Shown piece after piece: positions 1 to 16,050 of a stretch of 64,000 nt of DNA; the first letter of the stretch is position 1, and each line of letters begins with the position of its first letter. The stretch lies in NCBI RefSeq assembly GCF_009914755.1, contig NC_060935.1. One strand, given 5' to 3'. The position numbers were made by a program, and so were the translations under genes. Below the pieces are notes generated by a model, which saw only the letters and a program-made list of their open reading frames with translations, ran no database searches and was not told the origin of the DNA. Origin of the DNA: the human T2T-CHM13v2.0 reference genome, Homo sapiens.

Positions 1-829
1 ATGTTTTAATTACAGGCATCCTCCAAGCACGGCAGGGAGTGGGCCTGGGCTCCTGGCTCACCAAGGTCAGGGGTCGCCGAGTTCCCCTGCAAACTTCAAG
101 GGAATCTCTGCCCATCCCCAGGCTAAAACCCAGAATCTGGAGAGGCAGTTGAGGCCTATGTCGTTCCAGAACAGCTCCCTGGGGCTTTGCGAAAACCCCA
201 TGCAGGGCCAGGGCCTTTGCAAATCGATGTGTATTACCCAGAAGCCCCTGGTTGCTCTGGGACTTTACATCTAACTTGACAGGGCTGACCAGATAGAGCC
301 AGGGCTGACTCAAGCAATGTCCACAACTCCTGAAGTGCCGGCTCAGGGGAGTCGTGGGCCAGGACCCCCGGCCAGAGGAAGCAGCTGGGGACTGGGAAGC
401 TATTGTAGGAGCAGTTCCATGCTGGGTGACCCAGTGAGCCTCCCAGGTTAGAGGAAGACCCTGAGCATTTGAGTAAGACTTGCCTGGGTCTCGTCTGCCA
501 GTATCCCCAGAGGCTGGGGATGAAACAGCCCCTCAGTCCCACAGAAGGTGGAGCAGGTCCAGCCCTCAGCACCCCTCCCATGGCTGAGTGAAGGGGACCC
601 CCTGGGTTGTGGCCAGATTTCACTCAGGTAGCACTGTGCGGTGGTCAGGACCACAGGCTTGGACGTTGGACAGCCCCAGAGGGAGCCTTCTAGCACCGAT
701 ACCAAAGACAACCTCCCCCCTTCTCAGGCTCCTGAAACTGAGAATAAGAATAAAAGTATGATTCTTCTATGACTATCATGAGAATTAAAATAGTTAATTA
801 GCAAATAATAATTGGCAAATGACTTAAAA

Positions 830-1480
<651 letters not shown>

Positions 1481-3111
1481 ACTCTGGACTCCCTCACGTG
1501 ACTGCGTTTAAGTGGAGGGTCAGCCTGGCTGGCACACGCAGGATGGCCTCACATGGGCCTCGCTGTTGGCTGGAACACATCTGTTTTCTTCCATGCATCC
1601 TCCCATCCCCCAGCAGACCAGGCTGGCTTCCTTACACGGTGTCCTCAGGACAGTGCTCCACATAGACAGCATGTCAAGCTGCCAAGGAGGGAAACAGACT
1701 CCGCCTGTGCATGGGAGTGGCTGCACTTTTCTTCCTGCCACAGTTTCATTCTGCGATTTTGCCATGACTGCAGCTCAGACATGGTCATGGGGATCTGCAG
1801 GTGTTCTGGGTGACCTTCTGGTTGACCTTGTCCTTTTGGTCCTGGGATCGAGCAGAAGCTCCGAAGGCTGCACAGCAACCTGGGATTCGGACCAGGCCTC
1901 CAGAGCTGCACCGACATTGGCAAGTTACCTCCCAGGGATGCTGGGGTTCAGCACCAAGGTGACTCTAATTACAAGGGAAATGCTGAACCAGGGGTTGGCG
2001 GTGGGGGATCATATATGAGGAGGAAAACCACTTTCAGCGTTTGAAAGTTTCTGACCTAATCAACATCGACGTCAAACCACGACCCAACTGATCTACCTCC
2101 ATTTAGTCGTTCAGTTTCCAGCCAAGATGTTGAAACGTCAGCCAGGGGAAAAACTGGCCACCTCCTTGGAGGAGGCCACATCCCCTTACCCCTCTTAGGG
2201 TAGAAGAGACCTTCTGGGCAGTATTATCCTCTGTCCTGTGAAATACGTATGGCAGTCAAGGGAATAAAAACCTCGAAAAACATCAGCGTGTAAGTTTAAC
2301 AAACACACAAAAGAATGGGAAATAATTCTTTCATGTGGACCAAATGCAACCTCCCTCTCCCAGAAGGATTTGCCAATAAAATGTAAATTTTTCCTTTGAA
2401 ATAGCAATGGCATTGAAGGACATCATTTGCTCCCAGAAATCTTGATAGAAAAGCAACAGTTCTTTGATGTTTGCAGAGGAATGATTTTCAAGAGTGACTC
2501 TGGTGGGACCCTGGGGCTAGAAAGGCGTGAGCCCACAGGGCAGTTAGACTTTTCTACTTGGCCTCCAGGAACCCTAGACTCACGGCACAGAATGAGGGAG
2601 GCTGAGTCTAGTGAGAAGAGGAGATTTCTGGGGATTACAGATGTTGCTAGGCTGGCTTTCCTGTGCTGTAATGATGAGGAGAGTGATCAAGCTGATCATA
2701 ATGATAACTACCCATGTTTACCCAACACGACACGCAGCCCAGCATCTAAATACAGTCTCTAAATTCCACCCTCACGGCATGCCTTGAGGAAGTAGAGCTG
2801 TCGTGATCCTTGTTCTGCACATCAGACAACAGGTTTCGAGAGCTCAAATGAGTGAGATTTCTTCATTGCATAAAGGAAGGCCCTGTCCATTCGATTCCAA
2901 AGCCTAGGAGAAGGCAGGCATTACACACATGGCTTTGTGTGGCTCTAACTACAGAAAGTTCTCTTGCACAGCAGCCCAGGCACAGCCTCCCTGCTTAAAA
3001 AAGGCAAGAGGGAGATTAGCAACGAGATTTGGTTCCAAAGCAAGAATTGAACACCATTTTCTGCAGGACAGTAACCAAAGAAAGAAATCATGGCTGACAA
3101 CGGGGTACGCT

Positions 3112-3500
3112 TGCGTATGAGTTTGATCAGGCTGCCATCACTAAGCACCACAGACCGGGCTGCTTAAGCCACAGACACTTATCATTTCACTGTCCTGGAG
3201 GCTGGAGTCTGAGATCAAGGCATCGCAGGGCTAGGTCCTCCTGAGGCCTGTCTCCTTGGCTTGCACTGGGCCGCCTTCTCTCTGTGTCCTCACACCGTGG
3301 TCCCTCTCTGTGTGTCTGTGTCCTCATCTCCTCTTCCTATAGGGACACTGGTCATATCAGATTAGGGCCCAGCCTAGTGACCTCAATTTAACTTAATTAC
3401 CTCTTCAAAGGTCCCATCTCCAACTACAGTCACATTCAGAGGTACTGAGGATTAGGGCTTCAATGCAGGAATTTAGGGGGACACCACTCAACCCAGAACA
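3112..3500 (-). mobile_element. MaLR solo LTR (MLT1A/B-like)
   Basis: ctggaggctggagtctgagatcaagg...ggtactgaggattagggcttcaa pattern. Confidence 0.75.
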
Positions 3501-3778
3501 ACTTGCTTAGCACAAGAGTACGCAGAATCTCTTTGCCTTCCTCAGGGACACCTAGGGTCCCCCGCAAACACCCAGGTCAGAGGTGTCTGAGGCCTGCACA
3601 AGGCTTGAGAATCTCTCCCCTCACGTGGTCTGTTTTCAGGGAGCAGAGGGTGGGAAGAGGCTACCGCACACTCGATTGTCACAGATGGACACACAGGAGC
3701 AGAAGCAATCACTGCCTCTCCCATCCCCATGATTCGGTTATGAAAAGTGTCACACCCACCGAAAAAGTTGAAAGAATA

Positions 3779-4097
<319 letters not shown>

Positions 4098-4454
4098 TCA
4101 ATACACTGCCAAACTGGATAACACAATTGTTTACATGTTGCTTGGTGGTGCGTGTGTGTGTGTGTGCGCGTGCATGTGCACATGCTGGGGGCACATGTGC
4201 ACATAATTCGATTTTTGCTAAGCCATGATGATGCATCCCTCTCTAAACACCTCAGCATTTGCAGAAACGAAGGGGGTGCTCCTGTAAGTAATGTCACACT
4301 CAGAAGATCGGCATTCACCCCCAGACTTCCTCCAAAATCACTCCACAGGCACAGGTCTCCACATGCCTCTTTCCCCTAATTTTTTGTACTGTTTTAATTC
4401 AGCTAAAAGTACATGCCACGAAACACACAGGCCTTAAGCACAGAGTTGGATGAG

Positions 4455-4651
4455 TTTTTTTGTTGTTGTTGTTCTTTTTGTTTTGTTTTGTTTTTGAGAT
4501 GGAGTCTTGCTCTGTTGCCCTGGCTTGAACCCAGAAGGTGGAGGTTGCAGTGAGCCAAGATCACGCCACTGCACTCCAGCCTGGGCAACATAGTGAGACT
4601 CCATCTCAAAAAAAACAAAAAAACAAAAAAACAAAAAAACAAAAAACAAAA
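4455..4651. mobile_element. Fused inverted Alu 3' fragments
   Basis: Minus-strand tail plus about 30 nt of Alu joined directly to a plus-strand right-arm end and tail. Confidence 0.85.
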
Positions 4652-5008
4652 CCTGCCTTCTCAGAGCAGGGGGTTAGCATTCCATGCCCTAGTTACTCCA
4701 CATTCTCACAGACAACACTTGGCACTGTCCATCTTCTTAATTTTGGCTATTTGTGTGTGTGTGAAGTAGGTGGTTTTAAACTTTATTTGCCCCCCAACTT
4801 CTCCTTTTTTGCAACCTCACCATTGCTATCATTAGAATAAAATTAATTATCTGTTTTCCCAGAGGGTGGAAAAAGGCAGTGATTCCAGGACTCAGGCCAA
4901 GAACTGGAGACATCAGCCTCACAGAAGCTGTGAGTGCACCTGCAGCTTCTATGGGCCAGGGAGTACAACTCATGGCTATTGTTGTTTGCTCAGGAACATC
5001 ATCTCCTA

Positions 5009-5459
<451 letters not shown>

Positions 5460-5557
5460 TCATTCAATGATGTGAAGGAAGTTTAACAAATTATATAAGC
5501 TAAAATCATGCTTATGGGGTATCAACTACATTTTTTAAAATTGGACTAGTTGGGTGT

Positions 5558-6054
5558 TGATATGGTTTGGCTGTGTTCCCATCCAAATCTCAACTTGAAT
5601 TGTATCTCCCAGAATTCCTACATGTTGTGGGAGGGACCCGGGGAGAGGTAATTGAATCACGGGGGCCGGTCTTTCCCATGCTATTCTTGTGATAGTGAAT
5701 AAGTCTCAGGAGATCTCATAGGTTTACCAGGGGTTTCTGCTTTTGCTTCTTCCTCATTTTTTCTCTTACTGTCACCATGTAAGAAGTGCCGTTTGCCTCC
5801 TGCCATGATTCTGAGGCCTCCCCAGCCGTGTGGAACTGTAAGTCCACATGCTAAACCATGATGATGCATCGTGCACCACGATGATACATCTCTAAACACC
5901 TCAGCATTTGCAGAAATGAAGGGGGCGCTCCTGCAAGAAACGTCACACTCAGAAGATCGGCACTCACCCCCAGACTTCCTTCAAAACCACTTAAACCTCT
6001 TTTTGTTTCCAGTTTTGGGTATGTCTATCAGCAGTGTGAAAATGAACTAATACA
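5558..6054 (+). mobile_element. THE1 solo LTR with internal 144-bp insertion
   Basis: tgatatggtttggctgtg...actaataca termini, perfect 5-bp GGTGT TSD (5553-5557, 6055-6059). Confidence 0.9.
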
Positions 6055-7776
6055 GGTGTTTACACGGGGTTTTATTTGGTCAGCTTCTACAGAAATCCAA
6101 ATTAACAATTTCATTAAAGTCACTATCATGTGTCACATCGGGGAACAATTTCTGAGACAGGAACAAAAATTGACCACAAAAAGATCTCCCGGGAAAACTG
6201 TCTTATTTCCTTCAGTTCTCTGGACTTATCAATTTACAGTCTCAGGGAACTGAACTACAGATTCTAAGCCAGTTCCTCATTCATTTCCTTTCCCCTCCAC
6301 TTCTCCAGCAAAGAAAAGGAAATTAAAAAAAAAAAAAAAACCTACCCTCCCATCCTCTCACAGCCTCCTGGTATGTTTATAAATAAATTCAGGTTAGGTC
6401 ATGTCGTTTAGAAAAAAAGGCATTCAATTTATAATTAATCCCAGTGAGAAAGAAGAAACTTATTATATAAAGAGATTTGTTTTCCTTCTTTTCCTTCATT
6501 TGTCCTAAATGATAGACCCTATTATGACAACTTGGACCCTTCAGGGACCATATGGAATACCCAGGGGGCTCTATGTGCTAAAATGGATGGGAGGTATGAG
6601 AATTAAATTCAACACAATTAAATAACATAAAATTGCATTTCAATTCCTCCGGGAACAAAAAAAAATCAAAAGGCATTTACTGTATTAGGAAAATTCTAAA
6701 GATCATTATTAAGTTCCTTGTAACTGGCAGGTAAAAGTTCAGGAGAAAGAAGCAAACAGAGAAAGGAGAAGGGAGGGAGACCAAGAGGGAAAGAAACAGC
6801 AAAGAACCAGGGATGGTTTTCCTCAATGTTGTTTTTAAGATCCTTGCAAATAATTTAAAAACCACTAAAAATATAAGCTAAGGCCTCAGAGTTCCCACTT
6901 TGGGATCTGGGGGCTAAAAGAGAAGATTCTGAGTTTAGACGTTGGCTCTAAACCCTGCCCCAGACTTCATGCGGAAACATACCCTAAAAAGGCATCCTCT
7001 CCAGAGACGAGGAGCAGCAGGCATTAGGACCCTACATGGTGTCATTGCCGGATGGCCAGGCTCTCTGTGCTTCTGGTTCAATCAGAGCCGGTCTTTTCAT
7101 TTCCATTTGGAAAACAACACTCACGTTTAACCACACAATCATCTCATTGTTCAGGTAATGCTGCCACACTTCATTAGGGAAAGCAGCTGGCATCAGGGTG
7201 TTCTCGTTAGAGCAGTGCTGTGAGTGTTTATTGCTTTTCAATTAATCCACTTTTGGATTTAGCATATTTACACTGGGGCGGCAAGCAGAGAACAGGGCGG
7301 CGGTGGGGGATTTCTGTAAGGAGTTGTCGGGCCCTCAAAGCAGGTGCAGGGCCCCGCCCAGCCACACTGCCACTGCAGCATCTTGTTACAGGGCCCTGAG
7401 AAGGCACACCCTGCTCAGCTGCATTGGACAGCCTGTTTCCGGAAATCGGGCTCTGGGGCTCATACAGAGCCACAGGAACAAGTGTGCAATGGGGTTCCGC
7501 TGAGACACAGAGTCCCTCCCCCGACCCTCTCGGTCTTCCTCTCAGGTAGAATCCACCTGGCACCAGGAGAGCATGAGCAATACCCACGCTTTTCTGGCAT
7601 CCCCTCAAACCAGGGGCTAGAAAAAGGTCATCACACCACACCTCCCACCTGTCCATGCTGGGGCCTTCCCGGGAATACAGAGAGAAGCTTAAAAACCCAG
7701 CCTCGCACAGAAAGGCCTTTCAAAAACACAACGCCCTTGCAAACACACACAAGAGGCTGAGTATATGAAGAGGAGG

Positions 7777-8180
7777 GTTGGGCACGGTAGCTCACACCTG
7801 CAATCCCAGTGCTTTGGGAGGCCAAGATGGGAGGATCACTTGAAGCCAGGAGTGTAAGACCGGCCTGGGCAAGGTCTTAAGCAAGAACCCTACCTCTACA
7901 AAAAAAATAAATAAAATAAAATAAAATAAAATAAAATAAAATAAAATAAAATAAAATAAAATAAAACAAAACAAAACAAAGTAAAATTAGCCCAGCGTGG
8001 TAGCGCACACCTGTAACCCCAGCTATTCAGGAGACTGCGAAGGGAGGATCCCTTGAGCCTAGGAATTTGAGAATTTGAGGCTGCAGTGAGCTATAATCGC
8101 ACCACTGCACTCCAGTCTGTTGACAAAGCGAGACTCTGTCTTAAAAAAAAAAAAAAGAAAGAAAGAAAAAAAAAAGGAAG
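7777..8180 (+). mobile_element. AluJ-like with (AAATA)n expansion in the linker
   Basis: J-type ggaggatcacttga; pentanucleotide repeat 7906-7980. Confidence 0.9.
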
Positions 8181-10408
8181 AAAATTCAGTTGTTAAAGTA
8201 TTTAACTGGAAACAGCAGGAATCTTGTAGGCTACAACACCATTCACTTTGGAAATGCACTTTCCTCTCCACAAGCTGCATCTCAGCTTCCTTTCCCTAAT
8301 CTTAGTAATGTGATCTGTGGGTGAAGCCGACAGCTATTGGCTGGCAATGACTTTCCAGATGATTTCTGGGTACTGCTGGCTTGCGGGACACGTTCATCCT
8401 CAGCTCCCAATATGATCCCTCAAAAATACGGATGCCTTCTTTAAACACAGACGTTGGGCCCTCGGAGACACTTTGCTGCCACTGGGAATCTCATCTCAAA
8501 TGTGCAGGGCTGCTGTTCCCAAATCCGCCAGCACATGTTAGCAGACTGTACACACACCCCCAAAAAAATCCCCTAGCAACTACACGCTGGCGCCTAACAT
8601 TTTAATTCTTTCAGTTATGATTCATGGTGCCATCTGTGGACAGATAATGAGAGACAATAATCCAAGAATAGCTATCAGGCATTTGTTCAGCAGAGTTTCA
8701 GCATCAGTTGCATCCAAGTATGGGAAGGGACGGTGCCATCCCAGGAGTGCCTAACCACTCCCATGGCTAACATGGGACTCAGTGAATCAGATCAGCAGGT
8801 CTGGCCGCCGAGCCCACCCGAGTGACATCATGCCCTCAACTGTGCTCAAACTCCTGAGAATACCGAGAGCATGGCTGCAAGGTCCAGGAGGGAGTTAAAG
8901 GCAACAGGCATAAGAGAATTCACAGGAGCCCACCCCACAAAAGGGCTGCCTGCCTCGCGGGACGGACGGGATGATGGAGGGGCTGTGGCTATGAGAAAGG
9001 GGACTCCCTTGAGGCTTGCTTAAGCTTGCCAAGGAGAAAGATGCGTTGCTCAGTCATAAAATCAAGGCCATGCTTTAAAGACTTCTGGATGACTTGACTT
9101 ATGACACTCAGGCACAACATCATTTTTTTCTCATTCTAAACACTGTGTGTGTTCCCTGACCTCCATTTATTTCAGAGCGCAGGCCTGGCTGTCAGCAGAC
9201 ACAGACATGGGTTTCTGGACACTACACCCTCCACCTTGTTGTGCTCTTCCCCGATTCACATCACCTTGCTCTTGTTTTTGGGAGCCAGACATGTCTAGGG
9301 AGGCCTACATATTTTCTGCAGAAAAGAATTAGAGAAGAATGAAGGGCAATTACCACCTTCTTTCAGTGGTTTGCCCAAAGCCATTCTAAACCGGGCAATG
9401 TGTCTACCTGTGAATCCTGAGGGATAAAGGACATTCTTGGCCGTCCCTTGCCTCTTGGGAGAGGGTAGAGTTCAGATAAGTCGAGCCCCATGCCCCGTGT
9501 AACAGTTCATGCTGAGTTTAATACTCACGGGCACTGTCTGGGGGAAAGGTTGGGGGACATGGAAATGGCCTAGTTGCAGCAGAGTGGGAGGCAGCATAGA
9601 ACAGTACCCCTCGCCAACCCGGCTGGCCATCACATGGCCACACAGTGGACAGAGGTACAGAAAGCTCTTGGCACTTCTGAAATGCGAGGCTGGCAGACAG
9701 CAGAAAAGCTAAATCCTAGCATCAGTCACTCATGTGTATGTGTGTGCGTGTACACACACACACAGCTGCCCCGCCACCCTTTCACACAGTAGCACAGCAA
9801 GCTTCAGGAATTATTTCCAGAATTCTAATGGAGCATGATTCACCGGCAAGAGGATGATGACCTAATTATCCACCTGTGTCAGTTAAATGGCAAGAAGCCC
9901 CCTCGCCCTCCCTTCGCCTGGCACAGCATTCAGCATCTTCCTGCTGTCTGAAGAGAGGCTTGCAAAATGCTAATGTGACTCCAGGGTCTCTATCCTGAAA
10001 GCTTGCAGGTATCCAAGCAGCCTGGGGAAAGGGAAGCCAGGAGCACATGGAGTCCAAGAAGAAACTGAACCCCAGCAGGCTCTGGTGTCTTAATGTACAA
10101 ATGTCCTCCTATGATAAGCAAATGTATCATTTCTCAATCTCCACGGTACCTGCGACCTTAAGCACCAGGTGCATGTGGGGAGGGTATGGAGGGAGGTTAG
10201 GAAACCATTGCTTTTGGATGCTTTGCTTAATTTTTATTAGGACACAGAAAATGAAAAGTCAGCATGAGGAGAGGGAAAGCGACCAAGAGAAGCCACTACG
10301 CAGCAGGGCAGTGAGCTGCTTCGAAGGAAGACAGCAAGTCAGGTCTTGGCCCCGATGTCAGCTGAACATCCCAGCCTACTCCAAACATCACAGGAAGTTA
10401 AGGATGCA

Positions 10409-11262
10409 AGAAAAAAACAAACAACTCCCTTGAAAAGTGGGCAAAGGACATCAGCAGACACTTTTCAAAAGAAGACATACATGCAGCTAATAATCATATG
10501 AAAAAAAGCTCAACATCACTGATCATTAGAGAAATGAAAATCAAAACCAGAATAAGATACCATCTCATGCCAGTCAGAATGGCTATTATTAAAAAGTCAA
10601 AAGACAACAGATGCTGGTGAGGAGAAAAAGGAACTCTTTTACACCGTTGGTGGGAGTGTAAATTAGTTCAGCCATTGTGAAAGACAGTGTGGAGATTCTT
10701 CAAAGACCTAAAGACAGAAATGCCATTCGACTCAGCAATCCCATTACGGGGTATATACACAAAGGAATATAAATCGTTCTATTATAAAGATACATGCACA
10801 CGTGTTCACTGCAGTACTATTCACAATAGCAATGACATGGAGTCATCCTAAATGCCCATCAGTGACAGACTGGATCAAGAAAATGTGGTACATATACACC
10901 ATGGAATACTACGCAGCCATAAAAAAGAACAAGATCATGTCCTTTGCAGGGGCATGGATGAAGCTCGAGGCCATTATCCTTAGCAAACTAATGCAGAAAC
11001 AGGAAACCAAATACAGCATGTTCTCATTTATCAGTGGGAACTAAATGTTAAGAACACATGGACACATAGAGAAAAACAACAGACACAGGAGCCTTTCAGG
11101 GGGGTGGAGGGTGAGAGGAGGGAGAGGATCGAGAAGAACAACTAATGGGCACTAGGTTTAATACCTGGTTGATGAAATAATGTGTACAATAAACCCCCAA
11201 GACATGTGTTTACCTAGGTAACAAACCTGCCCATTCTGCACATATACCCCTGAACTTAAAAG
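10409..11262 (+). mobile_element. 5'-truncated L1 (L1PA/L1PB-type) 3' end
   Basis: ORF2 C-terminal peptide WIKKMWYIYTMEYYAAIKK (10802-11044) followed by L1 3' UTR. Confidence 0.92.
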
Positions 11263-11747
11263 TTTTTTGTTTTTTGTTTTTTTTTTTAAATAAGGCCAAC
11301 AGATGAACATCTCAAGGCAACCCATATTTTAAGTCATTTTACTGTGAGGACCCTGACCCAGGAAAGAAAAGCAATTGCTATAAAACAGGTGGCCCACTGA
11401 TCTGCCATGAGAGCCAACTCAACAAGAGATTCATCTCCCAAAGGCAGAACGCTTGCAGCCGCTCCATGCGGGGCGGGGGCCTAGGGAAGAAAGGTCACTA
11501 GACTCTCCTAACAGGGCTCCTGCATCAGCTACAAGGTCAGGTCAAGTCAGACGTGTACCCTCTCCACGGAGAGAGGCCGATTGGTATCAATTTTATTGAT
11601 ACAATTTATGTCCTAGAATCACAAGGTCACCCAGCACCCACTTGTAGTTTCATCATCCATGCCAGGTACAGCCCAGGTGGCTCTGCCAGTCGAAGTGGAA
11701 TTGGGGAAGAATGTGCCAAAGTCTACATGGATATCCTTATTTTAATT

Positions 11748-12050
<303 letters not shown>

Positions 12051-12125
12051 TAATTGACTTTTTAAGTTGACAAATAAAAATAGTATACACTGATGGTGTA
12101 CAACATGTTTTGAAAAACGCATACA

Positions 12126-12435
12126 GGCCAGGCACAGTGGCTCAGCCTGTAATCCCAGCACTTTGAGAGGCCAAGGCGGATGGATCACTTGAGCCCAGGA
12201 GTTTGAGACCAGGCTGGACAGCATAATAAGACCCCATTTCTACAAAAAAATTAAAAATGTACCGGGTGTGGTGGTACGCACCTGTGGTCCAAGCCACTCA
12301 GGAGGCTGAGGTGAGAGGATTACTGGATCCCAGGAGATCGAGGCTGCAGTGAGCCGTGATCACCCCACTATACTCCAGCCCAGGCAACAACAGAGCAAGA
12401 CCCTGTCTCAAAAAAATAAAAACAAACAGAAAGAG
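12126..12435 (+). mobile_element. AluJ-like
   Basis: Alu dimer. Confidence 0.93.
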
Positions 12436-12615
12436 AAACATGCATACAATGTGCAATGGCTAAATCGAGCTGATGAACACGCACACCGCCTCACATGCTG
12501 ACCATCTTTTTGTGGTGAGAACACTCAAATTTGACTCTCTCAGCTATTCAAGTATACAATGCATTGTTAACTGTGGCCACAATGTTGTACCACAGATCTC
12601 AGAACTTACTACTTC

Positions 12616-13069
<454 letters not shown>

Positions 13070-13224
13070 TAAGTGAGATTGCATCATGCTTGTGCCTGGC
13101 TTGTGGTGCTTAACATTATGTCCTCCGGGCTCATTCCATGGATGTCTTTTAAATAATCAATCAAGAGCAACCAACCCAAGCTTGGTAACTGGCAGCTTCC
13201 AAAGCTGCAGAGACATAGCCATGT

Positions 13225-13440
13225 TGGGATAAGACCTGGCTTCTAGTCTCAAGTTCAAGTTTACCAGCTGTAGCACTCTGGCCAAGTTACTTAACATCTC
13301 TGAGCCTCAGTGTTTTCATGTGTAAACAGAGGTAATAACAGACCCTACCTCATAGGGCATTTTGTCAATTAAAGTGAGATAGTGCATACAGCATAATTAT
13401 CAGTACTACCCAATACACAAGCACTTAATAAATAGTAGCT
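13225..13440 (+). mobile_element. MIR
   Basis: ggccaagttacttaacatctctgagcctcagt core. Confidence 0.8.
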
Positions 13441-13491
13441 ACTAGTATAATCATAATTATTTTAAAAGCACTCTCTATAAATAGAAATATT

Positions 13492-13632
13492 ATGTATGTA
13501 TGCATGTATGCATGTATGTAGAGATGGGATCTTGCTATGTTGCCCAGGCTGGTCTCAAACTCTAAGCTCAAGCCAGCCTCCCGCCTTGGCCTCCCAAAGG
13601 GCTGGGTTTACAAGTGTGAACTGCCACACCCA
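13492..13632 (-). mobile_element. Alu monomer (FLAM/left arm) with (TATG)n tail
   Basis: Single arm only. Confidence 0.8.
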
Positions 13633-13639
13633 GTCTATT

Positions 13640-16050
13640 TTAAAAAATGATTACCTATGATGAAGGAAGAGACAAGAGTGGAAAGGAGAGGTGGAGGGTG
13701 GAACTTCTTTGTGTATAACTTGGTTTATAGATTTGACTTTAAAATGCAAATATTCTATAGAATTACAAACCAAAATTAAAATTTAAAAAGCAAGTCATTA
13801 AGAATCAAAAATAAAATTAAACATAGCTGCTGGCAAAAACAAATAGAGAGAAATTATTCCAAATGTCTCTCAAGCACAATAGTTTAATTGCATGTCCCTA
13901 ACGGGGTCTACTCCAGTGACAGCACGCCACTGCAGGGGAGAATCTGAAACCACTACAGCAGAGTATTGCTGGTAAGTGCTGGCAGCATTATGTGAAGAAT
14001 TTTTTGTGCATGGTAGAATAAACCAAAAGAAGAGTGATGTTGCTCATTAAAAGTTAAAGTTTTTAGCATAGCTGAAGGCGATACAGATGTTAAGATCAAG
14101 GAGGTTAAGTCAAAACCTTGTCCTGAATCACAACAGGCAATATCAATATAACTCATGATGCATATTACCTAAAAAGTAAGCCCCCTTAAACTTAGACGTG
14201 GCCCTTAAACACCAGTTTCGACTAAAAGAAACAAGCTTCCCTGAAAAATGGCTGATTCCATGTCTGAGACAAGAAATCTGAAATGTCTCGCCATACCAGA
14301 AAATCAGGAAGCTATCAATGACTATGAGGTCATGTCCAAAAGACTCAGGAAATGGTCGGAATCAGCCTCCACTGGGCACAGACAGATATGATGAAGTAGC
14401 TAGAGGCAGATGAATGCTCCCACCAAAAAGAGAATAAACAACAAAAGACAACAGTAAACATATCTTTCAAAGCATCAGGGATCTACTGAAGCTACAAAGA
14501 CCACAGGTGCCAAGGTTCGGAAAGAGGACAGCTGTTGAGAGGTGAGCAGATGTGCTAAAGCTGCTTCTCCCCTAGGATCATTTGTACATCCCAGACTCAG
14601 GGAAAGGGCTGAGAATTGGTCCTTGGGCCAAGAGCCGATTCCTGCTAGCTGTAGAGAAATCCCTGGAGTTTTTAGCAGTGAAGTAGGGCTCCTAAGGCAA
14701 AAACTGCAGACCCGAAGGGGAGTTGTCTGGGCTAGAGGAAGGAGTAGAAAAATGAATGAGGCATTCGGCTGCTTTTCCTTTCAATATTTGCCGAATTCTG
14801 AAATTGGGAGGAGCAGAAGGTGAAAAAGCGAAGCATAAGAAATGGAGGGCAGGGCCCACCCAGGAGAGAAATGCTGGTAAGCACACGAGGCTCTCACTTG
14901 AAAGTGCTGAGGGCTACAATCTAGAAGGAAAGGAGAACTGGAGTTAGAATGAATCCTCTCAAAACTACAACCCAGCCTTGACTCAGCTCAGTCTCTGACT
15001 GCATCAAGGTGACAAGGCTTCTCTCTATCTGCCTGACAGAAGAAATGATAATCCTCTCTGAAAGAAAATAACATTACCTAGAGTCTCCATAATTTTTAAA
15101 TATATATGCAATGCCTGACATTCTATAAACAATTACTAGTCATTCCCACAGACAGTACCATGTGTTGGAAAACAAAGAGAAAAAACAGTCAATAGAAACA
15201 GACCCATGGATGATCCAGATATTGGAGTGAGCAGCGAAGAACTTAAAAATGATTAGTATGATCAAGAAGGTAAAAGTAAAACTGAAGAAAGGAGCTGAAA
15301 AGATGGAGAATTTCAAGAAACAATTGAATGCAGAAGGGAATCAATCGTAAACTCTAGACCTTAAAATCCAACGTCTACAATTAAGGACCTCAAAGGTAGG
15401 CTTAAGATCGGATTACATGTAGGAGATGGATAAGGAAATTGGAAAATTGGTCAATAAAAAATGCACAAACTGAAGCACAGAGAGAAGGACAAATGGAAAA
15501 CAGAACGGACACATATAAGACACACTGAAAGGCTCTGACATATATGTGAATCAAATCCTAGAAGGAGAGAGGATGAAAAATAGAGCAGAAGTACTACATA
15601 CATTAAGCCTAAACTGACAAAACATGTAAAACCACAGACTCAAAAAGCTCTATAAATCTCAAATGAGATAAACACAGGAAAAAAACATAGCTAGGCACAC
15701 AAATACTGAAAACCAAGGACAAAGAAAATTTCTAAAGCAACCATAGCAAATGGCCATTATCTACAATCACACCGACAGCAGTCTTTCAAAAGAAACTAGA
15801 TAAGGGATGTGACAAAGAAAAAAGAAAATAACTACTGATCTAGAACCTGTACCTCACAAAAATATCCTATTAATAAGGCTAAATAATGACATTTTTGGAA
15901 AAATCAAAGCAGGCATTCTATCACCAGCATGAATTCTAAAAAGGACTTCTTTTAGCAAAAGAAAGATGATCCCATAAAAAAAATTCAGAAAGGAATAAAA
16001 AGCAAATGGAAAATAAGTGAGCAAGTAATAAAGAACAGGAAGATGTAGGA
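13640..16050 (+). mobile_element. Ancient L1M fragments (L1MC-type 3' part, then 5' UTR/ORF1-like part)
   Basis: A-rich; agtcaatagaaacagaccc...atccagatattggag and cctagaaggagagagg ORF1-like motifs. Confidence 0.6.

Noticed and set aside
1947-1966. REST/RE1-like ttcagcacca
   Set aside because: Only the left half-site; no GGACAG right half
10802-11044. ORF with protein-like sequence
   Set aside because: L1 ORF2 C-terminal remnant in a truncated element
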